From NCBI GenBank assembly GCA_963747695.1, contig CAVVFV010000010.1:197618-261617 (forward strand): 64,000 nt of DNA, in the 5' to 3' direction. Under the pieces are notes generated by a model. The model saw only the letters and a program-made list of their open reading frames with translations. It did no database searches and was not told the DNA's origin. Positions 61,837 to 64,000 of this stretch are shown here, in pieces. Position 1 is the stretch's first letter, and every line of letters starts with the position of its first letter. This DNA is from Candidatus Falkowbacteria bacterium (GTDB lineage Bacteria; Patescibacteriota; Patescibacteriia; Patescibacteriales; WJLG01). The position numbers were made by a program, and so were the translations under genes.

Positions 61837-63693
61837 ATGAGGAGGATAAGAAATCTTTTTTTGTCGAGCGATGGTAAGAAGGTGTCGCTTTTTTATTTGC
61901 TCGGTTCAGGCGCCAAACAAGTCCACAAATTGGCGGAAAGCGCGGACACCCTGACTTTTTCACCATCAGCAAAAAAATTGACGATTGACGGCGAAAAAAT
62001 CGACAAGTGCCGTAATTTTCATGTCAGCAAATTGGGCAATAAATTTCTGCTCACTTATGAAAAGAGCGGTAAGTTATTCAGCGCCGTATCGGACAATCTG
62101 ACGCACTGGAAATCGATCAATTCCCTCGGCGGGATCAAATCAACCGGCGTCATCATTCCTGATTTTTATTATGACGAGGATCGCGTCATGTACTTATCGG
62201 ACAAGAAAAGCATCAAAATCGCCTATTCAGTCGATTTGAAAAAATGGCGTCCGCTCAAAACCGATCTGCTCAAAACCAGAACGGGAAAATTCGACAGCTC
62301 TGACATCATCCCGGCCGCGGTTTTTGTCCGCGACGAAGGTTTGGCTTTGGTCTATTACGCTCATGACGCCCATAAACGTTTGAGTCTGGGAGTCGCCTTC
62401 TTCAACAAAGACAACCCGGAGCAATTGATTTGGCGTTCTGATCTGCCGCTTTGGGTGCAAGACGACAAGGAGAAGATGAATCCGATCTCGCTGATCGAAT
62501 GGAAAGGCAGCATCATCTTTTATTATGAAGATAATCAAGGCCAGCTGATTTCCGTTTTCCTGCCTTCGGCCTGGTATTGGAAAAGCGCCAAACCGTCTTT
62601 GACCAAGAAATTCCTCAAAAAATCCCCCACTAACCCGATTTTCGGTCCCCGACCGGATAAACCTTGGGAATCGGTGGCCGCTTTCAATCCCACCGCCTTC
62701 CAGCATGACGGAAAAATCTATCTGCTTTACCGGGCGATCGGCGATGAGAATATTTCCGTAATCGGTTTGGCCACTTCGACCGACGGCATCCATATCGACG
62801 AACGCTTGGGCGAACCGATCTATCTTCCCCGCGCTTCATTCGAAGGGACTTCCGGCAACATCGATTACAACACCGCGGCGCGTTATTCTTCCGGCGGCGG
62901 CTGGGGCGGCTGCGAAGATCCGAAAGTCGTCAAGATCGGCGACCGCGTTTATATCGTTTATGTCGCTTTCAACGGCTACCCGGAAACCAATATCGCTTTA
63001 AGCTCGATCGCGCTCAAAGATTTCTTGAACCGGAAATGGACAGCTTGGAAAAGACCGGTTTTGATCACTTCACTCGATCTGGAGCATAAAAATCCCGAGG
63101 CGATCAAGGATTATCTGAAAGACCGTCCCTGGGTCAAGGATATCGGCATCGGTCACAAGAATCCTTCGATTTTGCCGGAAAAGATCAATGGCAAATACGT
63201 GATCTTCCATCGCATTTGGCCGAACATCGTGATCGATTTCGTCGACGATCTTAATTTTGACGGCAAGAAATTCCTCAAAGGCCAATATATGATCCCGGCT
63301 CGTCCGAATATGTGGGACAGCCACAAGATCGGTATCGGCGGCTCGCCACTGAAAATTAAAGAAGGCTGGCTGGTTTTCTATAACGCGGTGGACAAACGCG
63401 ATATGGGAAAATACAAGATCGGCGCGATGATTTTGAAGCATGATGATCCGACCAAAGTCCTGTACCGCTCCTCGCGGGCGATCCTGGAACCGGAAGAAGA
63501 TTACGAAAACCGCGGTCACAAATTCGGCGTGGTTTTTGCCGGCGGCTCTGCTATCAAAGACGGACAGCTTTTCCTCTATTACGGCGGTTCGGACAAATAC
63601 GCCTGCGTCGCCACCGCCCCGCTCGATAAATTCGTCAAACAGCTGATTGCCGGAGAAAAGCCGAAGATGAGAAAGGTAAAATTGGATAACTAA
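61837..63693 (+). CDS. glycoside hydrolase family 130 (mannoside phosphorylase-like) protein with an N-terminal extension
   Basis: NPIFGPRPDKPWESVAAFNPTAF, YLLYRAIG, GCEDPKV, NPSILPEK and LFLYYGGSDKY are typical GH130 five-bladed propeller blocks. Confidence 0.75.
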   Translation: MRRIRNLFLSSDGKKVSLFYLLGSGAKQVHKLAESADTLTFSPSAKKLTIDGEKIDKCRNFHVSKLGNKFLLTYEKSGKLFSAVSDNLTHWKSINSLGGIKSTGVIIPDFYYDEDRVMYLSDKKSIKIAYSVDLKKWRPLKTDLLKTRTGKFDSSDIIPAAVFVRDEGLALVYYAHDAHKRLSLGVAFFNKDNPEQLIWRSDLPLWVQDDKEKMNPISLIEWKGSIIFYYEDNQGQLISVFLPSAWYWKSAKPSLTKKFLKKSPTNPIFGPRPDKPWESVAAFNPTAFQHDGKIYLLYRAIGDENISVIGLATSTDGIHIDERLGEPIYLPRASFEGTSGNIDYNTAARYSSGGGWGGCEDPKVVKIGDRVYIVYVAFNGYPETNIALSSIALKDFLNRKWTAWKRPVLITSLDLEHKNPEAIKDYLKDRPWVKDIGIGHKNPSILPEKINGKYVIFHRIWPNIVIDFVDDLNFDGKKFLKGQYMIPARPNMWDSHKIGIGGSPLKIKEGWLVFYNAVDKRDMGKYKIGAMILKHDDPTKVLYRSSRAILEPEEDYENRGHKFGVVFAGGSAIKDGQLFLYYGGSDKYACVATAPLDKFVKQLIAGEKPKMRKVKLDN

Positions 63694-63714
63694 ATTTTGT
63701 ATTCTACATATAAT

Positions 63715-63935
63715 CCGGACTTACAAAACACTCGAATACCGCTGACATTAAATCCGAAGCACGAAATCCGAAATCCGAAACAAATTCAAAATTCCAATGA
63801 CAAAAATTCAAAACGTTTTGTATTTTGAATTTTGAACATTTGAATTTGTTTAGGGTTTAGAGCTTAGGATTTCGGATTTAAATAAATTTGCGGCCGGCGA
63901 ATATTTTGTAAGCTCGGATTATTTTTAAAAAGATA
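63715..63935. repeat. nested ~220-nt intergenic palindrome between two GH130-like genes
   Basis: AATCCGGACTTACAAAA pairs with TTTTGTAAGCTCGGATT. Inner arms AAATCCGAAATCCGAAACAAATTCAAAATTC pair with GAACATTTGAATTTGTTTAGGGTTTAGAGCTTAGGATTTCGGATTT. Confidence 0.8.
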
Positions 63936-63955
63936 ATTAGTGTTAAATAAATTTT

Positions 63956-64000
63956 ATGGCTATCGCCAAACGCTACCTCAACAATCCGATCCTCTTGCCG
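63956..64000 (+). CDS. 5' end of a further gene, possibly a second GH130-like protein (truncated by window end)
   Basis: MAIAKRYLNNPILLP; the NP(I/V)(L/F) start resembles the GH130 catalytic-domain N-terminus. Confidence 0.3.
   Translation, partial: MAIAKRYLNNPILLP

Overview
The window looks like a gene-dense, AT-leaning chromosome segment of a Candidate Phyla Radiation (Patescibacteria/Parcubacteria-like) bacterium. This is inferred from gene content: a CPR-type T4SS pilin, a four-helix-bundle protein, GH130 genes, small genes and standard code 11. About 60 CDS are supported. The housekeeping core is ppsA, tsaD, pheS/pheT, valS, topA, der, pth, dprA, lgt, folC, rarA, pgi/pmi, sod, rubrerythrin, a MacB-type ABC operon, and a tyrS broken by three apparent frameshifts. 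There are 5 tRNAs (Leu-TAG, Glu-TTC, Gly-TCC, Ile-TAT, Val-GAC) and two tRNA fragments. No rRNA or CRISPR was seen. The non-ordinary content, in my order of interest: (1) A large serine recombinase cassette abuts tRNA-Gly and is bracketed by perfect 174-bp inverted repeats that encode the recombinase C-terminus, making it a candidate invertible or mobile switch. (2) A tRNA-Glu-anchored tandem array holds two cassettes, each with a CHAP-like lipoprotein and a membrane-anchored partner. The cassettes are separated by a nearly identical ~220-bp GC-rich element that ends in a copy of the tRNA 3' end. (3) A 4-copy, ~185-225-bp structured intergenic repeat family shows hairpins of preserved shape but different sequence. 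(4) Two palindromic elements are inserted in frame in the essential tsaD gene. (5) A four-helix-bundle (23S-IVS-type) gene sits in the loop of an inverted repeat between pheS and pheT. (6) A small accessory islet holds a transposase remnant and two bicistronic cassettes driven by duplicated promoters. (7) There are several candidate structured RNAs, and long word-built palindromes fill almost every intergenic spacer. All calls rest on reading the sequence and ORF translations by eye. No database search or folding program was run.
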